Source: Chiloscyllium plagiosum (lineage: Eukaryota). From it: a DNA stretch of 38,737 nt. Position numbers and translations under genes: made by a program. Positions 24,581-37,270 of this stretch are shown one piece after another. Location of the stretch: NCBI RefSeq assembly GCF_004010195.1, contig NC_057718.1, positions 80,060,555 to 80,099,291 of the forward strand, in the 5' to 3' direction. Within the stretch, counting starts at the first letter, position 1. Every line of letters starts with the position of its first letter. The notes under the pieces were generated by a model. That model had not been told where the DNA came from, did no database searches, and was given only the letters and a program-made list of their open reading frames with translations.

Positions 24581-25179
24581 AGGAAAACTAAAGCTTTCCT
24601 GTTGAAATAGAACATGCTTGGGAAATAAGGTGATAGAATCATAGAATTTTACAGTATAGAAGGAGGTCATTTGATCCGTCGTGTCTGTACTGGCTCCTAA
24701 AAGGCTCCAGCTAGTTCCATTCTTCAGTTCAATCTCCATAGTCCTCTAAACTCATCACTTACAAATACATATTCAGCTCTCTTTTGAAACCTCCCATGGC
24801 ATCTGCTTCCACCACTCTTCCAGGCTGTGCATTCCAAATGCTAATAACTCTCTAAGAGGTCTTTCCATATCTCACTCCAGCTTCTTGCTGATAGTCTTGA
24901 AATTATGATGCCTCGCTGCTGACATACCAACAAAAGGAAACAGAATATCATTCTTTGACCTGACAAAACTGTTAGTAATTTTGAACACCTCAATAAGGTC
25001 ACCTCTTAATCTTCTCTACACGAAGAGAATAAGCCCAATTTCTCTAATCATTCCTTATATCTAAAATCCATCACTCTTATAAATCTCCTTTTCACTTTTT
25101 CCAGTGCTTTAAAATCCTTCCTTAGATAAGATGCCCAGAATTGAACATAATACTTCTAATGTGGTCTGACCAATGATTT

Positions 25180-25351
25180 CGACGTTTCCGGCATAAGCCC
25201 TTCTTCAGGAATTCCTGAAGCCATTCCTGAAGAAGGGCTTATGCCCGAAACATCGATTCTCCTGTTCCCTGGATGCTGCCTGACCTGCTGCACTGTTCCA
25301 GCAACACATTTTCAGCTCTGATCTCCAGCATCTGCAGACCTCACTTTTTCC
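25180..25351 (+). mobile_element. Mini fold-back PLE-terminus insertion 4 (family A)
   Basis: 34-nt inverted arms 25179-25212 and 25223-25256; perfect 14-bp TSD CTGACCAATGATTT at 25166-25179 and 25352-25365. Confidence 0.92.
25221..25260 (+). ncRNA. Minimal hammerhead motif, with a second copy on the minus strand at 25179-25212
   Basis: Plus: CTGAAGA (25227-25233)-A-GGGC-TTAT-GCCC-GAAA-CA-TC. Minus: CTGAAGA-A-GGGC-TTAT-GCCG-GAAA-CG-TC. Confidence 0.75.
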
Positions 25352-27004
25352 CTGACCAATGATTTGCAGAGCTGTCGCATCACTTCCTTGCTTTGATACT
25401 CTATGCCTATATTGATTCACCAAAGGATTCCAGAAGCCTTCTTAAGAACTGTTTCAACTTAACTGGCCACCTTCAGAGAATTATGCACTTCAACCCGAGG
25501 TCCCGCTGAGCCTGTACTCCCCTCACAATTATGCCATGAAGCCAGTATTGTTGTTCTGTGTTTCTTCAGCCAAAATGCATTACCTAACTTTTCTCTGCAC
25601 TGAAATTCATCTGCCAGGTATCTGCCCATTTGGCCAACTTGTCAATGTCCCATTGAAGTCGCCCAGGATCATTGTCACAATTCACTATTCTCAATAGCTT
25701 CGTGTCATCTCAAATTTAGAAATGTTGCTCTCAACACTCATCTTATAATCATTAATGTAAAACAGAAAAAGGAAAGGTCCCAACACTGATCCCTGGGGAA
25801 CACAATTTTCAACTCGTCTCCAAGCTGAGAAATATCCATCTATACCTACCCACTGTTTCCTATCTTTTAGCCAACTTCTAAACCATACTGCCAGGAACCC
25901 ATCAATCCCAAACATTTCTAATTTACTAACTAATCTGCCATGTGGCACTATATCAAATGTTTTCTGAAAACTTCACAGCACTACCCTCATCTACTGTCTG
26001 TATAACCTTGTCAATAACACAATTAAATTTGTCAGACATGCCCTGCCCTTGACAAAGCCATGCTGACTATATAGCATTAACTTATTTTTCCCTAAGTATA
26101 TTTATCTTATCCCACATTATGGCCCCCACTAGGTTTCCCGTTGTTGATGTCAAGTTGACAGGGCTGGAGTTTCCTGGGTTATCCTTTGCAACGTTCTTAA
26201 ACAACAGCATCACATTTGTAATCTTCCAGTCTCCTAGGACTAACCCTGAGTTCAGCGAGACCTGGAAAATTACTGTCAAAGGTTCCGCAATTTACTCCCT
26301 TACCTCTCGCAGCAAGCAAGGAAGTGTGCCATCCGGGCCTGCTGACTTCTCTACCTGGATTGCTGCCAGTCTATTTAGTACTTTTTCTTTATCTATTGCT
26401 AAACTGCTCAGTTGCTCAACACGCACATTTTCAATTGGGCCATTGTCACCATTTTATAGCTTGGTAAAAACAGAAGCAAAGTAGTCACTTCCTACCTCGA
26501 CTGTACTCTTTGCTTCAGTGAGCAGCTTACCCTACTTGTTCCTTATGGGCCCCATTCTTTCAATAATCTTTTACTACTAATATGTTTGAAGAACGTTTTG
26601 CTATTTGTTTAGTGCAGCCTGCAATCCTTTCCCCACTTCCTTTTAGACTCCCTTAGACCAGTCTTAGCCTCTCTTCCGCATTTGAGACACTCTTCCTAAT
26701 GTCCATTGCGTTATTATTCCAATATCCATCATATGCCTCCTTCTCCTTCCTTATTTTCTCATCAATATCCTTAGTCATCCGTATTTGGATACTCCATATT
26801 TATTTCTAATGGATATGTACCTAGATTGCACCTTATTCATCTCTCTTTTGAAAGACTCCCATTTTTCATCCCCTGTTTTATCCATCAACATACATTCCAA
26901 TCAACATGCCCCAGTTCAACTTTTAGACCTCCAAAATCTGTCTTTTTCAAGTCTGGGATCCTAATCCTTGTTTCATTTTTATCCTTTTCCAATTTAATAT
27001 TGAA

Positions 27005-27342
27005 GAGGAGAAAGTGAAGACTGCAGATGCTGGAGATCAGAGTCGAGAGTGTGGTGCTGGAAAAGTACAGCAGATCAGGCAGCATTTGAGGAGCAGGAGA
27101 ATTGATGTTTCGGGCATAAGCCTGTGGGCCGGGGGACTGAGAGATGTATGGGAGGGTTGTCGGGTTGGGGAAAGGTAGCTGGGAATGTGACAGATAGATG
27201 AAGGTGCGGGTGGAAGTGATAGTCTGACAGGAAGGTGGGCAATGGTGCTGGGGCTCCTGATGAAGGGCTTATGCCCAAAACGTTGATTCTCCTGCTCCTT
27301 GGGTGCTGCATAACATGCTATGCTTTTGCAGCACCATGTTTT
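27005..27342 (-). mobile_element. Fold-back PLE-terminus insertion 5 (older, longer)
   Basis: Minus terminus plus 3' UTR, then an inverted arm from 27255 with CTGATGA-A-GGGC-TTAT-GCCC-AAAA-CG-TT. TSD CAATTTAATATTGAA 26990-27004 and CAACTTAATATTGAA 27343-27357. Confidence 0.85.
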
Positions 27343-29579
27343 CAACTTAATATTGAACTTCATTATATTACAATCACAATTTCCAATGTACCCCACCACA
27401 TTCTCCACTCGGACTGCATAATTTCCTAGGACTAAAGCCAGCACAGCTTCGTCCCTGTTGAATGGAAATACACTATTTCAGAAAGTTCACCTGAACACAT
27501 TTCAGGAATTTCTCCCCTTCTGGGCCCACACCCTACCTTTTTCCCAGTGAACCCTAAGATTATTAAAATCACCAATTATAGCAACTCCACTTGCCCTGTA
27601 GATTTCCACAATCTGCCTACAAATGCTCTCTTTGGTGGACTATAATTAATACCTCAAATTCCACATCCAACCATCTAGATTCCAATTCAGGAACTACAAT
27701 TCATTCAAAGGCAATTTTACTATCTTTGATAAAAACTGCTACAACACCTCCCTTTTTACCTGTTTCTACAGAAAACTTGAGAACCCAGGATATTGCTTAT
27801 CCAGTCCTGTTCTGGCTTGAGCCACATTTCTGTCAATGCTACTATGTCACAGAGCAACTTCTGTTTCCAGTTCCGCAATTTTGTTCATTCTACTCCGTAC
27901 GCTTTTATACATACAATTTTATCCTGCCTTTATCCCTTTCTTCTTCAGTGGAAGGCGACTATCTCTTTGTTTACTGTCAACACTCAGGCCTTCTCTCACT
28001 TCCTTGTCCCCATTTCCTATCTTCTCTCTTTTGCCCTCTTTGGTACTTCCAAACTAGGCCTATTAGTCCAGCCATCCCCGCCTTACAAGATTAAATCCAC
28101 CCCCAATACATTAGTTACTCTCTCAGCCAGGAGATTAATTTCATTTCTGCTCAGGTTAAGCCCATCTCTTTTGAACAGCTTTCTCCTTTCCTAAAAGTGA
28201 TCCCAATGTTCCAAAGCTCTACACCCATCCCCTTCTACACCATCGCTCAAGCCATGAACCTACCTACCTGATCTACCTTTGCCTAAATAACAACACTTGT
28301 GGCACCGGTATTATTTCTGAGATGACTACCTTCAAGGTCCTCTGTTTCAACCTAACTCTTATAACTGATCCTGCAAGACCGCCAAGCTATCCCTGTCAAT
28401 ATTGTTGGTTCCCACATGGACCACAACTACTGGTTGCTCACACTCCCTTTCCAGAAGTTTATCCAGGAATTCCACTGTGTTCCAAACTCTTGCAACTGTG
28501 AGGCAACAGAATAACATGACTCACGATCTAAGCTGCAAACGAGGCTGTCTATCCCTTAGACTAGTGACTCACCTACAATCTTTCTAACCTGCCTACTAGC
28601 CTCTCTCTCTTTTCCCAGAGTAGCTTTGGGCAACATGGTCCTGTCATTCACCTTGAGTCATCCACACCCAACTCAGTCATGTTGTTCACTCAGTAGGCAT
28701 CTAAAAATTCACACCTGTTAGACAGCTCCAAGGAGTCTTGGATTTCCTGGGCCTGCTGTCTCTTTTCTTTTCAGTCAGCCACTCATCGCCACCTCTACTT
28801 TTTGCCCATTTAGCACAAATGGAGTGACCACCTTCTGGTATGACTGCTCCAGAAATCTCTCTCCTTCTTGTACAGTGCACAGTGAAAAAGAGTCACTGCT
28901 CCAAATCAGCAATATGTTGCTCATGGACTACTACCCTTTGAACTTCAAGTATCTGTGACCATCCTGGATATCTTATGGATCCAAAACATTCCACATTTTT
29001 ATGCCACACACATCACAAGCTTTCCCAAAGTTCCTGCCATCTATATAGGTCAAAATGATGCACACTGCTGAGGCTCTACAGTTTCTAAGCCAAAAAGAAA
29101 TACTTTAATACCCCTTCTCTCTCTTTTTGCTTCAAAGAGTGAGGGAAATACAATATAATAATGAAATGTTTCGGTCTTCACTGTTCTTTGACACTTTCCC
29201 TCCACAATCCGTCTGTTAGTTGTGATCAGCAAGCCGATTCTCCCAGAATCCCCTTGGTTACTTCTCAGTACCACACCCTGTCCTCAGATGCCATGGATGT
29301 AGGAAAGCTGTGAACAAAATGGAGGGAGAGGAAGGGGTTTCTCGGCAGAAAGCCACATCTTCTCAGGTTGGTTTAGCAAACATTTCTCCTATATGAACCT
29401 CAGTAAGGCACAATGACTGGAATTTTAAGATGTTGCAATTATTCTGTCACAATTTGGGAATTCGGGGGCACCCCTAACTCAGTCAGTTGTGGGAAATCCA
29501 ACTCAATTTGTGAGCAGCAGGCAGCTAACTGTCTGCCATCAGTGTTCATATCTTCTTAAGGAACAAAGTGTCCCTTTCA

Positions 29580-31535
29580 CAAATAAAAGTAGAAGTTGCT
29601 GTAAAAGTTCAGCAGGTCTGGCAGCATCTGTGAAGAGAAATTAAAGTTAATGTTTCAGGTCCAGTGACCCTTCCTCACTACTGATGATAGCTAGAAAAAT
29701 GTTGGCATATATGCAGAAGATAGTGTGGAGGGAGGAGGTAAGGAATAATTGATAAGTAGGGATAGAGCCCATAGAGGGAGAAGAACAGCTGGACAGACAA
29801 AGGAGTCAATAAAAATCTAGCTAGGAGAGTGAATCGCTGTTAATGGAAACTACTAGCGGCGAACAATGGGTAGTGTGGAATGGCAGACTATGTGATTACA
29901 AGGCTGGGCATATGGTGTAGGAGGCTGGATCACAGGGGAGTTCAGGCCCAAAAAAATGATTGAACTCGATATTGAGTTTGGAGGGCTGCAGGGTTGCCAA
30001 TGAGATGTTGTTCTTCCAGATTGCGCTGAGCTTCGCTGGAGCACTGCAGCAAGCCTGAGACAGAAATATTGGTCAAATGGTATGTTAATGTGGAAGACAA
30101 CTGGGAGCTCAGCATCTTTTTTTTGTGGTCAGAACGTAGATGTTCTGTGAAGTGGTTACCCAGTCTCTGCTTCATTTCCCCAATGTACAGGAGACCACAC
30201 TGTGAGCAAGAAATTAGATCGTGTGAAGTGCAGGTAAAGTGTTGCTTCTCCTGGAAGACGTATCTGGGCCTTTGGATACTGAGGAGGGAGGAAGTAAATG
30301 GGTTGGTGTTACACCTTCAGTGGTTGCAGGGAAAGATGCCATGGAGCTGTGGGGAGTTGTTTGGAGTGAAGGAAGAGTGAACCAGAGTGTCCAGGATAGA
30401 ACTTTCCTTTGGAAGGCGGACAAGGAAGGGGAGGGGACAAGAGTCTGGTAGCGGCATCTCACTGGAGGTGGTAGAAATGGGAGCTGATGTACGTGGATAC
30501 TGGTGGGATGGTCGGTAACGACAAAGGAAACCCTATTGCGGTTGCGGGATGGAAGAAAGAGGGTGAAGGCGCGAGTACAGGAGATGGGTTGGACCTGATT
30601 GAGGAAGAAGGTGGACATTTCAGAGGCTCCCTGATCAAAGTTGGCCTATCGGAACATATGTAATGGAGACAGAGGAGCTGGGAGAATGGAATGGAGTCTT
30701 TACAGGAAACATGGTGTGAGGATGTATAGTCCAAGTGGCTGTGGAGTCAGTGGGTTTATAAATATTAATGGTCGTCTATCCTCAGAAATGGAAACAGAAA
30801 TGTCGAAGAAGGGGAGGAGGAGTCAAAGATAGACCATGTGAAAGTGAGGGTGGGGTGGAAATTGGAAGCGAAATCGATGAGCGTTTTCAATTCTAGATAA
30901 GAGAGGGAAGCAGCACTGATGATATCATTGAAATATCATATAAAGAATTATGTGTCATGTACCACATGAAGTGACAGGCATAACTGGGGCCAATGCCACC
31001 CCTCTGACCTGAAGACAATGAGAGGAGTTAAAAGAGAAGTTGTTGAGGGTGAGGATGAGCGCGGCCAAGCTGATGAGGTTGGTGGTGGGTGGACACGGTT
31101 CAGGCCTTTGCTCAGGAAGAAGCGGAGAGCCCTGAGACCATCTGGTGAGAGATGGACGTGTAAAGGAATTGCAGATCCATAGTAAAGAGGAGCCAGCTGG
31201 AGCCTGCAAACTGAAAATCACAAAACTGGCATAAAGTATCAGAGGAATCATGGATGTACATGGGCAGGAACTGGATCAGGGAGAAAAGACTGAGTCAAGA
31301 TTGGAAGAGATGAGTTCTGTAGAGCAGGAGCAAACTGAAACAATGGGTCTGCCTGAGGAGTCTTGCTTGTAGATTTTTGGAAAGTGGTAGAAGCGAGTTG
31401 TGTGGGGTTGGGGGACTATCAGCTTGGATGCAGTGGGGCAAGATCACCTGACGAAAGGAGGTCAGTGATTGTAGTTGATACAATGGCCTGATATGCCATG
31501 GTGGGATCATGGTCCGGAAGAAGATTGGAGGTGTC
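29580..31535 (-). mobile_element. Penelope-like element family B (RT + GIY-YIG + terminus), decayed
   Basis: Minus: CSQCGLLYIGEMKQRLGNHFTEHLR near 30135-30210, MDYTSSHHVSCKDSIPFSQ, VRGVAL; decayed hammerhead near 29646-29680. Confidence 0.85.
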
Positions 31536-32044
31536 ATTCTTCAAAGCCATTAATTTCTGCATTATTGTTATTTTTCCTCCATTAATTTATGTAATGCCTG
31601 ACTTTGAATCAATGTTAATTTAGTTGGGATTTCTGGTGTGTTGAACTAATGCAAAGTAATTATTCAACATTTCCGTCCTTTCCCTGTGTTCATTGATAAT
31701 ATTACTATTGTCAGTTGTCAAAGGACCCACATGTTTCTGATTACCCTATGTTTCCGATTATTATTGCAAAACAAAGTTGTACAGTATTCATTTCAATGTC
31801 GTTTGCCAACTTTGTTTTTTGCAACTTTTGTTTTGTCAAGTTGTTATCTTTACATTCCTCCCATTTGTCAGAACCTGTGCCACGTAACTCATTTTTGTCT
31901 GGATTTTTTATTTAATTTTCATGTTGTCCTTTTACCTATTCAGTTGTCCATGACTGCATTTGAGCAAGTAGCTTTCTTGGCCCATAGTTATGTACTGGTT
32001 CTAATTCACGCTACATTACTGTGTGAACGTCACGCAGTGATATT

Positions 32045-32470
32045 TTGTCTGGGATTGTTTCCTTCAGAGCAGCTGAGACTGAGGGACATGACTGAGATGT
32101 ATAAAATTATGAGAGGCATAGACAGGGTGGACAGGATGGAATTTTTTCCCTTGGTGGAGGGAATGAATGACCGGGGCATAGATTTAAGGTAAGGGGCAAG
32201 TCGTTTACAGGGATTGTGAGCAAAACATTTTTCACTTGGAAAGTGGTGGGAATCTGGAACTCATTGCCTGTAAGGGTGGTAGAAGCAGAAACCGTCATAA
32301 CATTTAAGGAGTATTTAGGTGTACACTTGCGATGCCAAGGCATACAAGGCTAGGGGCCAAGTGCTGGAAAAATGGGATTAGAATAGTTACATGGTTGTTT
32401 TTGATCAGTGCAGTCTTGATGGGCCAAAGGGCCTTTTTCTGTGCTGTATACATCTATGACTCTATTCTAC
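32045..32470 (+). mobile_element. CR1 3' end fragment
   Basis: LFPSEQLRLRDMTEMYKIMRGIDRVD; tail ctatgactctattcta. Confidence 0.85.
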
Positions 32471-33361
32471 TTACTAACAGATTCGTTCAATTTACTGTGG
32501 ACAGTGTTCAAGTCATCCCAATGAAGTCAGCAATATCTGAGTACTGAATTTTATTGCCTACTTTCCAGTTCTCCCTTTCAGATGGTAAGTTGAGCTTAAT
32601 CATATTATGACTGCTATTAGATAAACGCTCACATATCATTATCTGTTCATTAAATATAGCTTCATATTTATTACTAAATCTAATATGCCTAACGATGTGA
32701 AACGATTTCCTTTGTGAAAGTAAAATGAAATTCAAGAGAAGATGAAGCAATTTTCAGGCTCCTAGGTAAGTTATTGTCTTAAAATAATGAAACGAATTTG
32801 AAGGTTTAATAATACCTTTCAATGTTAGATATAATTACATATGTTTGATTAATTTGAACTTCAGGTCTGTAGTTCAAAATACAACATTCTACTGCAGTCA
32901 ATAATAGCTCAAATGTAAAATGGCCGATGGGAATAAACTGTTTAAATCGAGCTGTACCTGAACAATACATTCAGGATGTTATTCGCTGGAGAATTACAGC
33001 AAAACTAAATACCTGGCATTTTTTTTTCCAAATCTGTGACAAAGCCATAATAATATTTCTTTTTTCCCTGAATAATAACAGATCTGTGTAGAAAAAAATC
33101 CAGAATATCATGGTATAGTCACAATCTCAACTGAATTATTCGTAAATTCTTCATGCTTCTCATGCATTAGTAAAATATAGAAAACTTTGTGCAAAGAATA
33201 CTTAGAATGTCATCTTGCTACCAAATGATTGAAGAAATAGCATACATGTGTTGAAGATAAAGTTAGTGAAACACATGCGGAATAAAAGGATATGGTGATA
33301 GGATTAAACAATATAAGGAGGAAGAGTATATACATCACAATAGACAAACTGAATTGAACTT

Positions 33362-34925
33362 AGTTAAAAATCACACAACACCTGGTTATAGTTCAACAGA
33401 TTTCATTAGAAGCACTAGCTTTCAGAGCATTGCTTCTTCATCAGGTGGTTGTGCAGTATAAGATTTTAAAACACGATTTGGAGATGCCGTGTTGGATTGG
33501 GGTGTTGGACACAGAATTTATAGCAAAGGTTTATAGTGTGACATAATTGAAATTATATATTGAAAAAGACCTGGATTGTTTATTAAGTCTCTCATCTGTT
33601 AGAATGACCATGTTGGTTTCTGTTCTTTCATAAGTAAATCGTAAAACATTTTTAAAAGTGACATTCTCAAGTGAACTTTAACGATTGGTGACATGTTGAC
33701 CCAGATAATGTATTGAAGGTGTGAGCTTCCCTGTGTGAGACAGTCTGTGCCACAATGGTCAGACTGTCTCTAATCTAAAAAAATGATTTACAGAATCTGA
33801 CATGGATACATGCAGTTTTTGAGCAAAGTAAAATATAATTCTGCAAGTACATATTCACCCCACAAATTTATATGTATGTGCATGTGTGTGTGTTAGAGTT
33901 AATGGTGTCTGTGTGAGAGTGAGTGTAAAAGGGTATAGGTCTGTGAGAGAGTGTGTGTAAAAGTATGGGAGTGTATGTGTGAGCATATGAGAGAGGGTCT
34001 GCGTGAGTGTGTGTGTGTCTGTAGGAGCGTGTGTGTGTGTGTGTATATATGTAGGAGTCAGGAAGTAAATGTCATCAATATACCTGGTGTATAGTGTTGG
34101 TTAGAGGCCCTGCATAGAGAAGAAGTCTTGTTCGAACCTGTGCATGAAAATATTGGCATATTGGGGCGCACGTTTGGTCCCCATGGCTGTTCGTATGTCT
34201 GGCTGAAGAACTGGTTGTCAATGGTAAAGTTGTTGTGATCGAGGATAAAGTGGATGTAGTTGTAGGACGGTGCTCGGAGACTGGCAGTTGTTGGTGTTGA
34301 GTACTGAATCTGTTGCCGCATTGCCGTCATTGTGGGGGATGCTGGTGTAGAGTGCTGAAACGTCCATTGTAATGAGGAATGTTCCCAGTTCAACTGGTCC
34401 ATGGGTACTGAGTTTCTGTAAGAAATCTGCAGTGTCGCAACAGAAGCTGGGGATCCCTGTACAATGGGTTTCAAGATGCCTTTGACATAGCCCAAGAGGT
34501 TCTCACATAGGGTCCCATTGCCTGATACGATGGGACTTCCTGATGTATTGGCTTTGTGTATCTTTGGTAGGCAGTAGAAGTCACCTACACGAGAAGTACG
34601 TGGGATGAGAGTGCGTAGGGAATTCTGAAGGACTGGATCCAAAGTCCTGATCGATGTGTTTAGTTCATGGGTATGCTCTTCGGTCGGATCGGCTGGTAGC
34701 TGCCTGTCGTGTTCCTGGTTCTTCAGTTGTCGGTATATTTCTTTGCAGTAATCTGTTCTATTCTGAATGACGATGGCTCCTCCTTTATCTGCTGGTTTGA
34801 TGACAATGCTGTGATTGGCTTTGAGAGCATGGATGGCATTACGTTGTGTTCAGGTGATGTTCTGCTCCAGCTTGTGGATGTGGCTGATGAACCTGGCATT
34901 TATAAATTTCCTGACAGTTTCCATG
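33362..34925 (-). mobile_element. PLE family C copy with internal deletion (RT 5' half joined to the 3' UTR and terminus)
   Basis: ORF 34058..34642 parallels 16109..16954; LYTRYIDDIYF runs straight into the CA microsatellite; 3' UTR is the inverted homolog of about 17590-17970. Confidence 0.9.
33411..33449 (-). ncRNA. Minimal hammerhead motif (family C), stem II partly decayed
   Basis: Minus: ACCAC-CTGATGA-A-GAAGC-AAT-GCTCT-GAAA-GC-TA-GTGCT; stem I CAC/GTG; AGCT palindrome in place of stem III. Confidence 0.75.
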
Positions 34926-35029
34926 TCATGCATGTCATATATCTCCAAATCATGAATTGAATTTCGGTGCTTTAATTTCTATGTAACTTTGAGTAAAATT
35001 TCAAATGTGCAACACAGTTTGTTTTTACA

Positions 35030-35240
35030 TTCATTCATAGGACAAGGGTGTCATTGCATTCCCAATAAACCAACAGGTAGTTGAATCAATCACATTGCTT
35101 TGGGTCTGGAGTCAAAGGTAGATTAGATCCATGGGTAAGAATGGAAGATTTCCTACCCTAAAGGACATTAGTAAACCGGTTGAGCTTTTATGACAAAAGT
35201 TGCCATTAGGCCAGCCTTTTATTAACTTCAAATATTCAAA
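35030..35240 (-). mobile_element. Old SINE fragment related to 22750-23010
   Basis: atcacattgctttgggtctggagtca...agatttcctaccctaaaggacatt is shared with about 22805-22880. Confidence 0.55.
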
Positions 35241-35329
35241 CTTATGTGCTCTGAACTTCAGCCCTAGTTTTAGCTTTCCTATTTCAGGGGCATTGCCACT
35301 ATTTCACTGTCTTCCCCAATGTCCCATGG

Positions 35330-35680
35330 GAGATATGGCATAAAGTGTACAAACAAATGGTACAAGTAGAGATAAATAGTTTAGGTTTAAGTACCATTGC
35401 AGAAACATGGTTACATGGTGACCAAAGTTGGGAAATAAATGTTCTGAGTCTATAATATTTCAAAAAGACAAAGTATATGTAAAAGGAGAAGGAATAGTCC
35501 TGATTATAAAGGATCACATAGGGACAAGAGTGAGAAAGAATCTTGGCTTAGAAAGTCATGAAGTTGAATCAAAATGTCTGCCAACTAAGAATAGCAAGGG
35601 GCAGAGAATGCTGGTGACAGTGATTATTAAGTAGCTATACTGTTGGAAAGAGTTTAAACAAGAAATTAGTGGAATGTTAG
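35330..35680 (+). mobile_element. CR1 endonuclease fragment
   Basis: TIAETWLHGDQSWEINV and KGEGIVLIIKD. Confidence 0.65.
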
Positions 35681-35819
35681 TGAAATGAAAGACACTTTGT
35701 TGATGCTTTTCACCTTGCACTCATTAAGATATCACAAGAATATCAATGTTAAGGGGAATAACAATTTATTATTGTTTATGTTTATATATTTTTCAGTAAC
35801 GCTCAGGTTCTGTACTACA

Positions 35820-37270
35820 TTCGAACACACAAACAAGGAGCAGGAGTACGCCATTCAGACCCTCAAGACTGCTCCACCATTCAGTAAGATTGTGGCTAAT
35901 TGGATTATACCCTCAAATCCATATATCCACCTACCCCTGATAATCATTCACCCCATGCTGAACAAAAATATACCCATCTGCTTTCAACATATTCAAGAAC
36001 TTTGCTTCCACCAACTTTCCAAAAAAGAGTTTGAATGCTTTTCTGACAGTGTTGTTTATCCTAATCTATGTTTTAAATGTATGATCCGTGATTTATAAAC
36101 ACTCTCATGAAAAAAACCGTCTCCATACCTACTTTGTGAAGACCCCTCAGGATTTAATATGTTTCCATCAAGTAATCGGGTAAGCTCTTCTAAACTCCAG
36201 AAACAAGAACAAACCTAGCCTGTCCAACCTTACCATACAAGACAACCCATTGCTTCCAGGTATTAGTTGAAAAGTGTGGCTCTGGAAAAACACATCAGGT
36301 CAGGCAGCATCCAAGGTGTAGGAAAGTCAACATCTCGGGCATAAGTTCTTCATCCTGACGTGCACAGTACTCCAGATTAGGTCTCACCAGTGTCCTATAT
36401 AAGTAAAACATATCATCTCTACTTCTGATTTCAATTTTTTTCACGATGATTGACAACATTCTATTAGCTTTTACAATTACTTGCTATACTTTCGTACAAC
36501 TATCATGATGATAGAGGAATCCCAAAGGAGACAAACCCTGAAGTAAACAAATGGAACTTTAAAAAAAAGACATATAGCCAAAAGTATGGAAATGTAAATT
36601 TAGTTACTTTCTGGAAAGAAAGATTCTGGAGTGTCACGGCTCACAAGATAAGGAAGCTTCAAAGAGATGGACTTAAAAGGAAGAAATCGCAGCACAAACT
36701 GAATTGTAACCTCTTTGGAGCTATCTCAGACTGTGAACGTTCTAAAAGGCAAAAACACCCCAGCAATCTGAATGATAGATATGTTTGGAGTCTTCTTTCA
36801 AGAATACACAAGCACAGGGTATAAAACCAATTAAAGCCTGGTTTCTCTGTGTTAGTGGAAGAATGTGTCCTGTTGAGCAGAGGTGCTCATGTGTGCCAGT
36901 AGACTGCAGTGCTCCTGTGTACTAGCATGGATGTGAGCAGGAGTGTGCTGTGAACATAACATTCTTTTAGCTTTCCTGATTACTTGCTGCATTTGCATAC
37001 TAAACATCGTGATTCATGTAATGGGACACACCGATCTTTCTACATCTCAGAGCTCTGCAACCTCTTACCATTTAAGTAATGTTTCTTTATTACTCTTTCT
37101 GCTAAAATATTCTATTTGCGAGATCTTTGCCCACTCTTTTAACCTATTTGTATCCATTTGTAGCCTCCTTATGTTCTCTTCACAACTCACTTTCCTACCT
37201 ATCTTTGTGTCATCAGCAAATTTAGTTACCAAATTGTCAGTCTCTTCTCCCAAATCATTTATATAACTTT
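35820..37270 (-). mobile_element. Decayed CR1 3' region, interrupted at about 36268-36355 and 36490-36950
   Basis: VTKFADDTKIG...LQMDTNRLKEWA in ORF 37065..37253; CR1-like tail at about 35820-35900. Confidence 0.7.
36268..36355 (-). mobile_element. Decayed family A PLE terminus fragment
   Basis: ctggaaaaacacatcaggtcaggcagcatccaagg...tcgggcataag. Confidence 0.7.

Larger units (their letters stand above)
24631..29040 (-). mobile_element. Near full-length decayed CR1 LINE carrying two mini-PLE insertions
   Basis: Tail atagaatcatagaat at 24632; RT motifs VPQGSVLGPFLFLFYIND and WKITNVMLLFK; ORF1 VVHVGTNN near 28400-28424. Confidence 0.88.

Noticed and set aside
29567..31545. TSD around the family B PLE
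   Set aside because: gtgtccctttcac versus gtgtcattcttca is too weak a match to call.
32481..32771. Plus-strand GTAAGT donors at 32585 and 32766
   Set aside because: The implied 104-nt exon has stops in all three frames; a non-coding exon cannot be supported without RNA data.
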